Shown here: positions 27,201 to 40,786 of the stretch, in pieces
How the letters are laid out: each line of letters begins with the position of its first letter
How positions within the stretch are numbered: the stretch's first letter is position 1
Source of the DNA: Takakia lepidozioides
Lineage: Eukaryota; Plantae; Bryophyta
Direction of reading: 5' to 3'
Length of the DNA: 64,000 nucleotides
NCBI GenBank assembly: GCA_030704615.1
Contig: CM060734.1
Location: forward strand, 43,648,001 to 43,712,000
Program-made: the position numbers and the translations under genes
Notes under the pieces: generated by a model
The model's database searches: none
What the model was told of the DNA's origin: nothing
The model's input: only the letters and a program-made list of their open reading frames with translations

Positions 27201-30200
27201 ATGAGAAAAGAGCAAGAACTAAAAGAAAGAGTAAGAGAAAGGAAAAGTTGAAGAGGGATAACTATGAAAAAAAATTGAAAGAAGAAATCTTGAAGAAGTA
27301 TGCCACAGAGGCTGCATGCAACACATTGGAGGAAGGGTGTATGGTGTGCAAAGTGCCAGAATGAAGGCCATACCACCACAGAATGCCACATGAAGAGAGA
27401 AACACTGTACTATCTGTAAAATGGATAACCATTCTACTGAGAATTGTTACTACAAACAGAAGGACAGCTGCAAGAGAACCTAGGCAAGTAAGGGTGCATC
27501 AGGTGCAGCCCCAGCCAAGAAGAAACAATGATCAGGACCACTATGGTAGGTCTGGTGGTTATAACAATGGCATGGAAGGGAGAGGTAATTCAAGGGGGAA
27601 TTACCAAGGAAATTCCAGAGGCAACTATCAGGGTAATCCAAGGGGGAATTACCAGCCCGGGAATCAGGATTATAGATAATCCAAGAACAGACCAAGGGCG
27701 AGGACCCAATGGTGAAGAGCTATGTTACTATTGTAATCAGCCAGGACATCGCAAGGCAGCCTGTTCATTCTGGATAAGACACCAGAATGAGATGAGAGCT
27801 CCTGTGAATGAGGGCCCAGTGGTGGCAGCTCACATGGTTAGGCCATGTGTTGTACCAGAAGTAAGTACAATGATAGTAACAAGAAGTAAAGCCAAACTAA
27901 TACCTCCAGTAGAAGAGGAAGAAGATGAGACGGAAGTAGCAATGATATGCCTGAAGATGAAGAGACTTGGAAAGATGAGAAGGAACTGCACAAAGAAGTG
28001 GCAGATACTATAAGGGAAATGCAAAAGAGTACTGATATTCCTGTGGCAGATTCCTCTGATTCGGATGGAGAAAAAGAAGGGAGTGAGGAAGAAAGAAAAA
28101 AAAAGATGCAGACATGCAAAGTAATGAAGAGACTTTGGCTGCAGTAATATGTCAGACCAAAGCAGAGAAATTACCATTGGACAGCTATTAGCTGTGGCAC
28201 CTTATTGTAGGCACAGGCTGTATCAGCAATCAATCGAATTGCCCAAGAGACAGGAAACACAGACCTGAACAGCAAGGTGACCAGTTATAATGTGAAGCGG
28301 AAGGGCGAGAACCAGTCATGGACTTTGATGATTCTATGCCAGTAATCCAATTGAGAATTGGAAGCACAGAACTAACTGATGTACTGATAGATGGTGGTTC
28401 TGAGAGTAAATATCATGACAGACCAATTAAGGAAGAAGCTTGGTCTAAGTAACATGAAACCAGCCCCATTTACAGTAACAATGGCAGATCAAAGAAGTGT
28501 GCAGCCATTGGGATTAATAAGAGGAGTTAAGATACAGATACAGAAAATGATCTTTATGATCACAGTAACTGTATTAAAAATGGATGAAGTCATGGAGGCT
28601 TACTCCTTATTATTGGGGCGTCCGTGGCTGAAACAGGCCAGGGTATTCCATGACTGGAATTCTCAGTTACTAACCGTGCATAATGGGATACACGAGATAC
28701 AAATTACCACAAAGAAATCTAGTAGATTACCCGCTACAAGAAGTCTCGAGGAGTCAGAGAGTATGACTGGAGAGGAGGACTGGATGAGGAGCAGGAAGCT
28801 ACCCTATTGCTGCACACCCAGAGTGGGAGCAGGTTGCGGAGATGCGGCTGGAAAGCCTAAGTTGTTTGAGAGGTATCTGCTGTGGTGTAGTGACAGCAAC
28901 ACAACTGAAGAGGAAACCAGCATTTCCCATCACATTTCTATGAAGAGAGAGAAGGAGAAATAGAAATCCTAGAGAAGAACATCCACTGTGAGCTTACGGA
29001 TGAAGTGGTGACTGGTTGGACAATCACAGCTGATGAGCAGGTGAGAGAAGTAAATGTGGGAACTCAGGAGGAACCGAGGATGGTGAAAGTAGGAGCTGAT
29101 TGGAGCCGGAATTCTTCGAAGAAGCTAAAAGCTTGTTCATCAAATACAGAGATGTATTTGCTTGGAGCTATGAGGATCTAAAAGGGATACCACCTGAAGT
29201 CTGTCAGCATAAGATTGAACTGGAACCAGGGTCAGTACCAATCAAGCAGGCGAGGTATAGAATGAATCCCAACTACGCACAGAAGGTTGGAGAAGAGATA
29301 AAGAAGTTAGCTGAGGCTAAGTTTATATACCCAATAGAGTATACAACTTGGTTGTCACCCATTGTAATAGTTCCCAAGAAGAATGGCAAACTGAGAGTAT
29401 GTGTGAACTATAAGAAGCTGAATGCTGTACGAAGAAAGATCCTTTCCCTTGCCATTCACAGAAGCAGTATTAGACACTGTGGCAGGCCATGAGATGTACT
29501 CATTCATGGATGGCTTCAGTGGTTATAATCAAGTGCAAGTGGCAGAAGAAGACCAAGGGAAAACAGCTTTCATCACAGACTGGGGGCTTATGCATACAAA
29601 GTCATGCCCTTTGGACTTTGTAATGCACCAGCGACCTTTCAGAGAGTGATAAGTGAATCTTTTCATGAGTATCTGGATGATTTCATGCAGGTATTCTTGG
29701 ATGATTTCAGTGTGTACAAGCTCTAAGAGTGAGCACTTGCATAAATTGGAGTTATGTTGGCCAGATGCAGGATGAGAGGTCTGGGCCTGAATCCAGAGAA
29801 GTGTACTTTTGTGTGAACTCAGGGGTGCTTCTGGGACACATTGTGTGTAAGAAGGGACTCCTTGTGGATCCCAGGAAGACAGAGTCCATTAAAGCATCTC
29901 CACCCCAGTGAATGTTAAAAGTCTACGAAGATTCCTTGGGCAAACCAGTTATTACAGAAGATTTGTCAAAGGTATGCACAAATAGCAGCACCATTGAGCA
30001 AGCTTCTGAAGAAAGATGCAGTGTTTGCCTGGACAGCTGAATGTCAATAGGCGTTTGAGGAACTTACACTGTCAGTAACAACTACACCTGTGCTGATTAA
30101 CCCCCCACTGGCATGTAGTATTTCATGTTCACTTCGATGCATCAGGAGAAGCGTTGGTGCGGTGTTAGCCCAGAATGTTACAGGGAATATAGATTCACCT

Positions 30201-33165
30201 GTGTACTATGCTAGCCGGTTGATGAACAGTGCTGAGAGGAACTATAGTACAACGGAAAGAGAAGCATTGGCAATGATTTATGCAGTCAAGAAATTCAGGC
30301 ATTACCTATTGGGAAGAAAGTTTATGTTTATGTGGATCACCAGGCTCTGATATATCTGGTGAACAAACCTTTGATAAGTGGAAGGATAGCGAGGTGGTTA
30401 ATAATCTTGCATGAGTTTGAGTTCGAGGTTATTTACAAGCCTGGCCGTTTGCATCTTGTGGCAGATCATTTGTCACGACTAACAACAGGAGAGGCCGCCA
30501 CAGGAGTGGACGATCAGTTACCTGATGCGAGTTTATTTATAATGGAGGTGCAAGGAAGTGCAGATGAATGGTTAGATTGGCAGTGGCCAATCAGATACTA
30601 CCTTGCTCATGGTCAGTGCCCACCTAGTTATGGTAAGGAGCAGAGGAAGAGAATTGCTATCAAAGCTTTACCTTACTATGGTAGGAAGCAGAATGTATAA
30701 GTTAGGACCTGATGGAGTACTAAAACGATGCTTGTACCACCATGAAGTAAATAAAGTCTTGGAGGAAGTTCATAAAGGAGTGGCTGGAGGTCATTTTGGA
30801 GAAGAGACTACCAGTAGAAAGATACTACTCGCAGGATACTGGTGGCCTACTTTGTTCAAAGATGTACATGAGTATTGTCAGAAGTGTGATGAATGTCAGA
30901 GGCTAGGACCTTTGCAGAGATCTGGAAGGATGGCCTTGCATCCTACAATGCCTACGGAACCATTTCAGAAATGGGGACTAGACTTTGTTGGACCAATTAA
31001 TCCACCATCCAAGAATACACGAAACAGGTACATAATTACAGCCATTGATTATACTACAAAGTGGGTGGAAGCTAAAGCTTTGAGGGACAACACAGCCAAG
31101 TCCACAGCAAGGTTCCTGTACGAGAACATACTTACACGATTTGGCTGTCCCTTAGAATTTATCAGTGATCAAGGAAGTCACTTCATGAATGAGACCATTG
31201 AGTTGTTGACTAAAGAGTTTATGATTGTGCATAGAAAGAGTACAACATATTACCCGCAGGGTAATGGGCAGGCAGAGGCTACCAACAAAATACTATGTAC
31301 TATCTTGGCTAAGATAGTCAATGCAAACAGAACGGATTGGGATACAAAGCTGCTGACAGCTTTATGGTCATACAGGACTTCATATAAAGTCACCACTAAG
31401 TATACACCATTCCAATTAGTTTATGGTATGGAAGCCTTACTTCCAGTGGAATTCCTGTTACCTACCATGAGAATGGAGTGGGGAAAAAGAATGGAATTGC
31501 AAGACTCCATCAAGGTCAGGAAACATGAATTATACCATGTGGAAGAAGTACATGCTGATGCAGCTGATAATATGACCATAATTCAGATGAAGCGAAAGGA
31601 ACAGTTTGATGAAGGCAAGTTAAAGACTTTTAAGACGGGGGATTTGGTTCTATGGTTGCAGAAGAAAGGAAAAGATTCAAGCTTCTAAGCTTAAATCACC
31701 GTGGAAAGGACCTTATGTCATACAAAAGATGTATGATAACAACACCGCTATGTTACAAACCATTAACAAAGAAATGCTGGGAAGAGTCAATGCAAATAAG
31801 TTGAAGGGTTACAGTGGTATCCATGACAAACCCCTGCAGCATGATTTGCATATAGAACCGCAAGAACAGTCACGGGCTGCACCAGTGTTACGAACGGAGT
31901 ATGGAACACTTGTTGCTAGGCCCAGCATATACGACCAGGGTGGGCAAAACAAACGGGACACAGCCTATCACAGCCCGCCAAGGCGCAACACAGCCAACCA
32001 CAGCCCATCACGACGTGACACAGCCAACCACAGCCCAGCAAGGCGCAACACAGCCTATAACAACATACCACAGCGTGTCACAGCGTGTCACAGCTTACCA
32101 CAGTGCATCACAGCCTATCACAGGGTAACACAGTATGACACAGCCTGTCACAGCTCAACACAGCCTACTAAAGTTACACCATCCATAGAATCAGTGGCAA
32201 GTGGACACATAATAACTTCAGGAAAATGGATGACGGAAGAGGAAACGGAAATTACTTTAAAAATAGCACGTGGAGGTCAGGGCGCGACACACAGCAGACA
32301 ATGAAGTGCAAGGACAGGTGTCAAAAAGAAAGAAGACAAGAACGGCCGTCAAAAGGGATGAAAGCCAGGCCCATTAATGAGTACGGAAAAAGGGAAACGG
32401 AACGAACGGCAAGTACAGAAAAGCCGAATTCTTGTCACATGTGTGATCCTAGTGGACTATCCAAGAAGGAAAGTCCACTAAAGAAGATAAAATTTAAAAT
32501 CCAGTCACAGCGGATACAGCCAATAGAAAACCAGAGAAAGGATCAAGAAAATGGAGAAAAATTGAGCGCAAGAGGCGGTGTCTCGACAGGACAGGCCATA
32601 AATGCTATAACTTGGAAACTATGGAGGAACTAACAGACTATACGCTCGCAATATTACTTACGCAGTGGCATAGACACGACAAGACAGAGCAGAGCTTTTC
32701 TCTTGAACAATGCTTGCAAGCCCCGCAGGCTTACAAGAAATTATCCATAGCTTTCTGCGGCAACCATACGTTTATGCTTTGTGCACTACAGGCATTCCTG
32801 CAGTTGTTACAGCCAAAGCAGTTCTGTGAGTCTAAAATGAAGAGAGTGAGAGGAATGGAGGAAATCAGGGTGAAGAGCACCACAATTCTGCAGAAACAAA
32901 CGATGGCTACCCCACAGACGATAAAGATACTGGAGGAGCTGAGATTGGAAGGATTGCAAAGCCTGGATTGGACACTACACCATAGACAGTACATGTTACA
33001 ATTTTTGCAGAACTTTGAGCCAAGGACAGGAACAACAATGGTGAAGGGAGTTGAATTAATGATTACTCCCCTATACCTCCAGCAATTGTTTCGATTGCCA
33101 GCAGGTCAAGTGCATGTGGGGGAACACAGGGCAAGACTGCAAATAGGGGACTTATTCCAAGAAGG
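24252..33165 (+). mobile_element. Gypsy family B copy B2 (5' LTR about 24252-25209, PBS 25212-25229, extra ORF, gag-pol, truncated 3' ORF)
   Basis: Colinear homologue of B1; 3' end missing. Confidence 0.9.
25815..31900 (+). pseudogene. B2 gag-pol
   Basis: Same domains as B1 (integrase ORF 30603-31688); many 1-bp indels. Confidence 0.9.
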
Positions 33166-33584
33166 GTGCCGCATTACGGTTCGCACGTGCGAGAATTCTG
33201 AGGGGTTCAGTGTTCTCGACAGTCGGCGCCCTGAAGACTCGGTGCGATTATCTTACTATGACCAAGGCTGCAACTACCAGTACCTACTACGTTACTTGGA
33301 ACTGCGGCGCCGCATTTTCTTGTCGGGGATCGAATGAGATAAACAAAGTTTGGGAGAGCAGAAAAACAAGAACCCCCAAAAAAAACAAAAATCCAGGCAC
33401 GTGGAAACAGAAGGTAATGACATAGTATTATCTTAGTTTGACCAAAATAGGTTACTGGTAGACAAGACATAAGTCAAACCTTTCTGTAGCCAAAGTTAGA
33501 GGTACTTGCAGTAGTACAGTTCTACTATAACTAAAACTCCGAAAAGGATGGGCGTAACATTGTCTTGTGCCCCGCAAGCCAAGC

Positions 33585-34335
33585 TCACTGGTCCCCTGGA
33601 TCCATATTCAGAAGAGTGTACATCTCGTCGGGGCTCAACGCTAGTGCATGTATGAAGTGATGAGTTGTGGAATTACACCAGAGGCTATTTAGGTACACGT
33701 AGTACAAATGCTTGCAAGGGCAGTATGATGCCCCCTTCTTCGCCATGATCTGGAAGTCGGTGCAATTTGCAGGTAGGTAATTCTGAAATGGTGATGGTGT
33801 ACACCTCATTGCGGACAACTGAGCCTGCCGTGGCCATCTGATACACACGCCCGAAGCCTGGTGGGGACATTTATGTTGAGCTCTGGATTGTATAGTTCAT
33901 CCCAAGTGCATTCCCCATCCTTGTCTCGTTCACTTTTGAGGGAGGTCGCCGTCTCTTCAGTTTTCCCCAACGGTGTGTAGGATGCTTAGAGTTGTCACAT
34001 ACATTTGATCTTGCTCTCATAGGGGTCGGTGGTGGAGGCTGTGGAACCGGAAATGGTTGTCTGGGGACGTCAGTGCGCTGCACCATCCAAAATCCTGCTG
34101 CAGTAAGGGCGTCGGCCTCAACCTGACTCATATTGTATCCCGGTTCCACCAGCCACACCGAGGGAGCCTCTGGCACTGCTTGTATGCCGTACTTGGGCTT
34201 TCCATAGATACAAGCCATAATGTCATGCCTACAGACCCAGAACTGGGTCGTCGTCGCCTCCGCAAACTTTGCATGGACAAATCTTCCCGTGAAAGTAGGA
34301 GCAGGGACAACCCCAACTGGGTTCCTTCTTATCAT
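33585..34335 (-). pseudogene. SWIM zinc-finger protein remnant
   Basis: YTITISELPTC / NCTDF...YCPCKHLYYVY across a frameshift fits CxC...CxH SWIM. Confidence 0.65.
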
Positions 34336-34604
34336 CTATCCACAATGTTGTCGTGTATCACTCGAATTGCAGAACACTTGCCTCATATGGGGTGCCGCAG
34401 ACTGACACCGAATTTGATCCACTGAGGAGCGAGTATGGGTGGATGTCAAGGGGACGGAACTCCGACGATGCATTTTCGTCTAGGCTGCCATCAACATGTA
34501 CCCCTTCAGTGGATTTTGGGGAAGTGAGGTGGGCGGACTGCCATTCGAGCTTGCGGTGGGGACGGTCGTCCCCACTACCACTTACCGGTGCCTTCATGAC
34601 AATG

Positions 34605-37600
34605 GGACAGAAATGCCGCACCGCATATCCATTCGGACGGCCATACACCCTTGCCTTCATGACAGAGGGGACAGAAATGCGGTGCCGCATTTTCGTCCGG
34701 ACTGCCATTAGACCTTGCCTTCATGACAATGGGGACGGATATGCGGTGCCGCATTTCAGTCCCCACTACCAGTTACCCTTGCCTCCATAATAGTAGGACG
34801 GAAATGTGGCACAGCATTTCCGTCCCACCTACTATACACCCTTGCCTTCATGACAGTAGGGACGGAAAATCGGTTTTGCATTTCCGTCCAGACTGCCCTG
34901 AGACCCTTCCTTCATGACATTGGGGACGGAAATGCGGTGCCGCATTTCCGTCCGGACTGCCATTGGACCTTGCCTTCATGACAGTGGGGACGGATGAAAT
35001 GCGGTGTCGCATTTCCGTCCTGATTGCCATTGGACCTTGCCATCATTACAGTGGGGACGGACGGAAATGCTGCATTTCCGTCCGGACTGCCATTGGACCT
35101 TGCCTTCACTACAGTGGGGACGGAAACGCAGTGCCGCTTTTCCGTCCGGACTGCCGGAAGACCTTGCATTCATAACAATGGGGACGCAAATGCGGTGCCG
35201 CATTTCGGCCGTCCCCACTACCAGTTACCCTTGCCTCCATAACAGTGGGATGGAAATGCGGTGCCGCATTTCAATCGCCACTACCAGTTACCCTTGCCTC
35301 CATGACAGTGTTCCGTCCCACCTGCCATACACCCATTGCCTTCTGGAAATGCGGCGCCGCATTTCTATCCATCGACGATGACTATAGAGAAAAAAAAATT
35401 AGGGTTCTGGTTTTTCTTACCCGCCACCCCCTGTGGTCGGAAATGCGGCACCGCATTTCCATCCAACGGGTAGAGCTAGAAAAAACAAGGAAAATTTTTT
35501 TTTTGGATTTTTTTTTCTCTACCCCCTATAGGCCGAAATGAGGCGCCGCATTTCAATCCAGCGGCGATGAGAAGAGAAAAGAAAATGTTTTACGGTTATT
35601 TTTTTCCCCCCCCTCTACCCCCTGTTGTTGGAAATGCGGCATCGATCCTGCGGGGATGACTAGAGAGGGCAAAAAAAAAAACAAAAAAACAAACTTCATT
35701 TATTTATTTATTTTTTGCCTTTCACCCCTATGGACGCAAATGCGGCGCCGCATTTCAATCCAGCGGCGATGACAAGAGGAAAAAAAAGGTTAGGGTTATT
35801 GTTTTTCCTCTCTATTCCCCCTGTTGTTGGAAATGCGGCGCCGCATTCCATCCAGCGGGGATGACTAGAGAACAACCAAGAAAAAAAAAAAAAACCCACA
35901 AATTTTTTTTATTTTTTTATTTTTTTCCCCCCACAGCCCCCCCCACCGTATGGACGGAAATGCGGCACCGCATTTCAATCCAGCGGCGATGACAAGAGGA
36001 AGAAAAACGGTTAGGGTTATTTTTTTCCCCCTTCTACCCCTTGTTGTTGGAAATGCGGCACCGCATTTCCATCCAGCGGGGATGACTAAAAAAGCTTGGG
36101 GGGGGGGGATTTTATTTTGTCCCCACCCCTATGGACGGAAATGCGGCACCGCATTTCAATCCAGCGACGATGACAAGAGGAAAAAAAATGGTTAGGATTA
36201 TTTTTTTTCCCCCCTTCTATCCCCTGTTGTTGGAAATGCGGCGTCGCATTTCCATCCAGCGGGGATGACTAAGGGCAGACGGGGGTGGGGGCAAGAAAAA
36301 AAAAATAAAAAAAAAATAAAAATTTGTCCCCACCCCTATGGGCGGAAATGCGGCGCCGCATTTCAATACAGCGGCGATGACAAGAGGAAAAAAACGGTTA
36401 GGGTTATTTTTTTTTCCCCCTTCCATCCCCTGTTGTTGGAAATGTGGCACCGCATTTCCATCCAGCGGGGATGACTAGAGGGGGGCAGGGGAGGGGGAAA
36501 AAACAAACAAACAAAGAACAAAAACTATTTTTGTCCCCACCCCTATGGACGGAAATGCGGCGCCGCATTTCAATTTAGTGGCGATGACAAGAAAAAATAA
36601 AGTTAGGGTTGCTTTTTCCACCCCCCCCCCCCCCCCCTCTACCCTCTGTTGTTGGAAATGCGGCGCCGCATTTCCATCTAGCGGGGATGACAAGAGAAAA
36701 AAAAGAAAAAAAAGAAAAACTGAGAATTTTTTATTTCTTGTTTTCACCCCCTTCGGATGGAAATGCGGCACCGCATTTCAATCCAGCGGCGATGACTAGA
36801 GGAAAAACAATCAGGGGTTATTTCCCCCCTCCCCCCTGTGGTTGAAAATGCGGCGCCGCAATTACCATCCAGCGGGAATGACTAGAGGGGAAAAAAAAAA
36901 AACACCGTCAAACGACTTTCAAAGAGCACGGGTGGATGGCAGTCGAGACGGAAATGCGGCACCGCATTTCCGTCCTGACTCACATCCCCCTTTGCACGAT
37001 GATCATCATTTGGGGAAAAGAGGTGGGCGGGATGAACCTGGCGACGAAAATGCGCTGCCGCATTTTTGTCCGGACTGACACCTACCGATCACTTTATACC
37101 TAGTGGGACGGAAATGCGGCACCGCATTTCCATCCGGGTTCCCACTGAACCATGCCTTCCTACCATTGTGGATGGATATGTGGTGCCGCATTTCCGTTCT
37201 AACTGACACCTAAGCATCCTTGACACATGGTGGGATGATAATCCGGTGCCGCATTTCCGTCCGGGCTCCCATTCCACCATGCATTTTTAACAGTCTGGAC
37301 GGAAATGCGTTGCCGCATTTTCGTCCGGACTGACACCTAAGCATCCCTTAACACCCGGTGGGACGGAAATACGGCGCCGCATTTCCGTTTGGGGTCCCAC
37401 TGGACCATGCCTTTCTACCATTGTGGATGGAAATGCGGTGCCGCATTTCCTAACTCACACCTAAGTATCCTTGATACATGGTGGGATGATAATCCGGTGC
37501 CGCATTTCCGTCCGGGCTCCCATTCCACCATGCATTTTTAACAGTCTGGACGGAAATGCGGTGCAGCATTTCCGTCTGGGCTCCAACTGTACGATCCCTA

Positions 37601-38105
37601 AACAGGTGGTCAGATCCCCATCCAGACATTGCTTTCCCGAGAGTCCGGACGGAAACGCGCCACCGTATTTCCGTCCGGACTGATAGTGGACCATCCCTTC
37701 ATTTTTGGTGGGACGGAAATGCGGTGCCGCATTTCCGTCTAGAAGACCACTTCAGTTTGCGTACTTGGCAGTTGAAGGGAAATGCGACGCCGCATTTCCG
37801 TCTGGACTGTCATTGTACATTTTCTTAATGACAGCTTCGACGGAATTGCGGTGCCGCATTCCAGGCCCGCTACCACTTCTCTGGCAGACAGGACAACGAA
37901 ACGGAAGTGTGGCACCGCATTCCCGTTGAACTTGCCAAACAACCTTTTCTTCATGATAGGATGGCCGCAAATCCAACCATCCAGCCTTACCATCCTGAGA
38001 ATAGGGACGGAAAAGCGGTGCCGTATTTCCGTCCCAGCTGCCCTCCACGCTTGCCTTCAGTAAAGAGGGTTCACGAAGGGGACGGAAATGCGGTACCGCA
38101 TTTAC
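34605..38105. repeat. Array of about 45 palindromes GGAAATGCGG(C/T)(G/A)CCGCATTTCC
   Basis: Counted by eye; about 64-bp period in the flanks and about 95-bp period in the centre. Confidence 0.95.
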
Positions 38106-38481
38106 CACTGACTGCCATCCTCCCTGGCATCTTTATCCTCTTTCGTGATGCAGTAGGGAGGTATCCTGATCGAACGGCCACTAATGCCGAATCGCATTTG
38201 GTCTGTTGACTCATAGAGGCTGAAATGGCAGTTGAAGGGGTCATTGCCAACACATATTCGGAGGCGGTAATGCCGGACCGTTGCATCATCACTGACTGTC
38301 CAACAGACACTAGACCTCTATTTCTTCGAATTCAATTTTCCAGCGACGTAGGGGCCACCTGCCTCACGAGGAGACACGTAGGCCCTGACCTTTCGAATCC
38401 ATACGGTGCATCTCCGCCGTTTGATGTCATCTTTCGCTGGTGACTCTTTCACTGCTCTAACACCCCTTCCAACACCATTCT

Positions 38482-40700
38482 TTGCCTCATTTCTTCTCTT
38501 TAGTTTCTCTTATGTTGCACAGCCTCATAGTGAGGTGGTGGAGGGATCGTAGGGCTCTGAAGACCCGCAGGACGAAAAGGAGGAAGCTACTGCAGCCCGC
38601 ACACACCCTCGACCTTCTAGCATGGGTCCTCCTGTCAGGCCTAACCTTGTGCGCTTCAAGGACGTGCTTTGGAAAGGTAAAGGTTTCAAGTCGAAAGCAG
38701 CAGAGAAAGAGGCAATTTGACGAAGAAGATGATGGAGAGTCGCCAACATGGGTCGTCCCCTTCTCCAAAAAATTAAAGAGCATGAAGCATCAGGCGGTTG
38801 TTGAGGAATATACTACCCCATCGGATCAGTCCCCTTCCCCTACGAAGAGCAAGAAGTAGACGGGGCGGTGGAGAATCGGACGAGAACGGAGGAGTCCCCT
38901 TCCCTTGCAAAGAGTAAGAAGCAGAAGGGGGCGAAAGCAAGGGCAGAGCAGTCTCCAGCAAAACCCCTCCACATGTTGAAGCTCAGTTCTTGCAGGAGTT
39001 TCAGAAGGAAATCGGGGGCAACTCTGCAGAAGCTCGGGCAGCTGCTCCGATGACGATCTCTAGCACTCCTGTCCTGGTCGATCTTTCAGCGGATGAAGGT
39101 GTTGTTTCTTAACATGGGGAGCTCGACTTCTCCTACCTAGAATAGGACTTTCGTGACAATAGGGGAGGTATGGATGACTACATTCTCCCACATGATCTGC
39201 CCGGCTACATTCCCAAGAATTCAGGCACGGCTCTGGGTGGTCCATCTGAACAGCCCCTTCCCCCACCCCCAAAAATGTCGCAAGAGGATTTTCAGAGTGC
39301 AGAGAATCAAATGTTGGAGGAGACTCACAGCAGCATTGGCAGAGTTCTTAGGACCAAGGTCTTCCCTTGCACACTGCGAATTCCACTCTGTCGAATGGTC
39401 TCCCTCCTGATAGTGAGGCTTGCTCTCGCAAGGGATGTGGATAAGATGAAGTTCGCATTCCAAGAAGGCTATTGGCTGGGGTCTGCCGCCTTCTATGTTT
39501 CCATTGAGAATGAGGAAGGTGGATCGCATGCCCGACAACAGAAGAGTTAGCAGCCTAGGGTCCCCACTACCACACTCGCAACACGGAATTCAAAAAAATG
39601 CTGAAGGATGATGGCGGTGTTTGGTGGCCAGCCAAAATCCCCTCTAACCCCTCTTACTATGAAAGCTGTGAAAACTGGCTCAGCAAAGAAGACACTCTTC
39701 AACCTCCCGGGGGGGCACCCGTGCGAGCTAGTGGAAATGAAGGGCAGGCCAAAGTTGGAGCCAAAAACAGTGATTCAGTGTGCGAATGAGAGTTTTTTGA
39801 GGGCATTGGATGGCCGGCCGGCCGCCAAGTTAGCACACATCAAGCAAATGGAAGGCCTGAAAGCCAAAGCTCTAAGGAAGGCGACTGCAGAAGAGCCTGT
39901 AGACACTCCAGGATTTGTAGCCATGATGGATTTCTTTGCAATGACAAGTGAAGGGAAGAATTGCATGAGGCGTGGAAAACGGACTGACTGGTCATTGATT
40001 TGATCATCTTTGGATATTCCAGATGGAGAGCCTCTGGAAGGACTGGATATTGTGCCCTCTTGGAGCAAGTATTTCTGAGGACTTTTGGAAGAAAGGGTTT
40101 GGGCTAGCCTGCATGGTATTGGATGACAAAGGTTGTGTGGTGGTCCTTGCCAGCAAAGGCAAAAACACAGAGGTGGGAATTGCCAAGTGGACCCGTAGGA
40201 GTGGCGTCCCAATTCTGAAGAAGATGTGGACCTGCATCAACTCAATGGGCCTTCGCTCCAAGGGAAACCAGATAATTACCGTACTGCCAAACAGAAACCG
40301 GTTGGCATTTGTAACTGTGGATTGGAATGCGGTGCCAAATTCTGCTTATGAATGGGGTCCATTGGATTTCGGCGGCACGGCATCCTTGCAAAGGAATTGC
40401 GGACGATGCTACAGGAACAGTATTTCAGCACTCAGGAGACTATGTATGGAGATGAGAATGAGTTTGCAGACATTGCCCTTCATTGCTTATACTCAACAAG
40501 ATATTTGATTTCCCCCCTTACAGGGACTTGCACGGATGAAGATTGGCGGCTCTATGAATGGAGCCGTTTTCAGTTTCCATCTGTGCCATGGAAACCATGC
40601 GCCGCTTTTCTCATCGGACTGTACGTACCCGGTGGAAATAAGGTGCCGCAATTGCTTTCGCGGATCCTATGACCGCGGATAAGTACCCTATTTTTGTGGA
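38482..40700 (+). pseudogene. Degraded ORF of unknown family, possibly ParB-associated region plus amino-methyltransferase-like fold
   Basis: Fragments RIPLCRMV...GY..GSAAFYVS, DLII(L)DIPDG, ACMVLDDKGCVVV, KPCAAFLIGLYVPGGNKV. Confidence 0.4.
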
Positions 40701-40786
40701 CAATCATTTCTGAAAAAAATTACTGCTCATGATTTTTTCGGCAGTTACGAGTCTGCTCATGGCTCATGCCGCTCATGGCTCATGGC

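Noticed and set aside
22122-33165. Dense frameshifts in A2/B2 as evidence of great age or programmed frameshifting
   Set aside because: They are nested inside the young B1; scattered 1-bp indels between sister LTRs look like sequencing or consensus error
34605-38105. CRISPR array
   Set aside because: Spacers are related to one another and form higher-order repeats, there are no cas genes, and the context is eukaryotic
34353-38310. Many overlapping ORFs on both strands
   Set aside because: By-products of the GC-rich palindromic repeat
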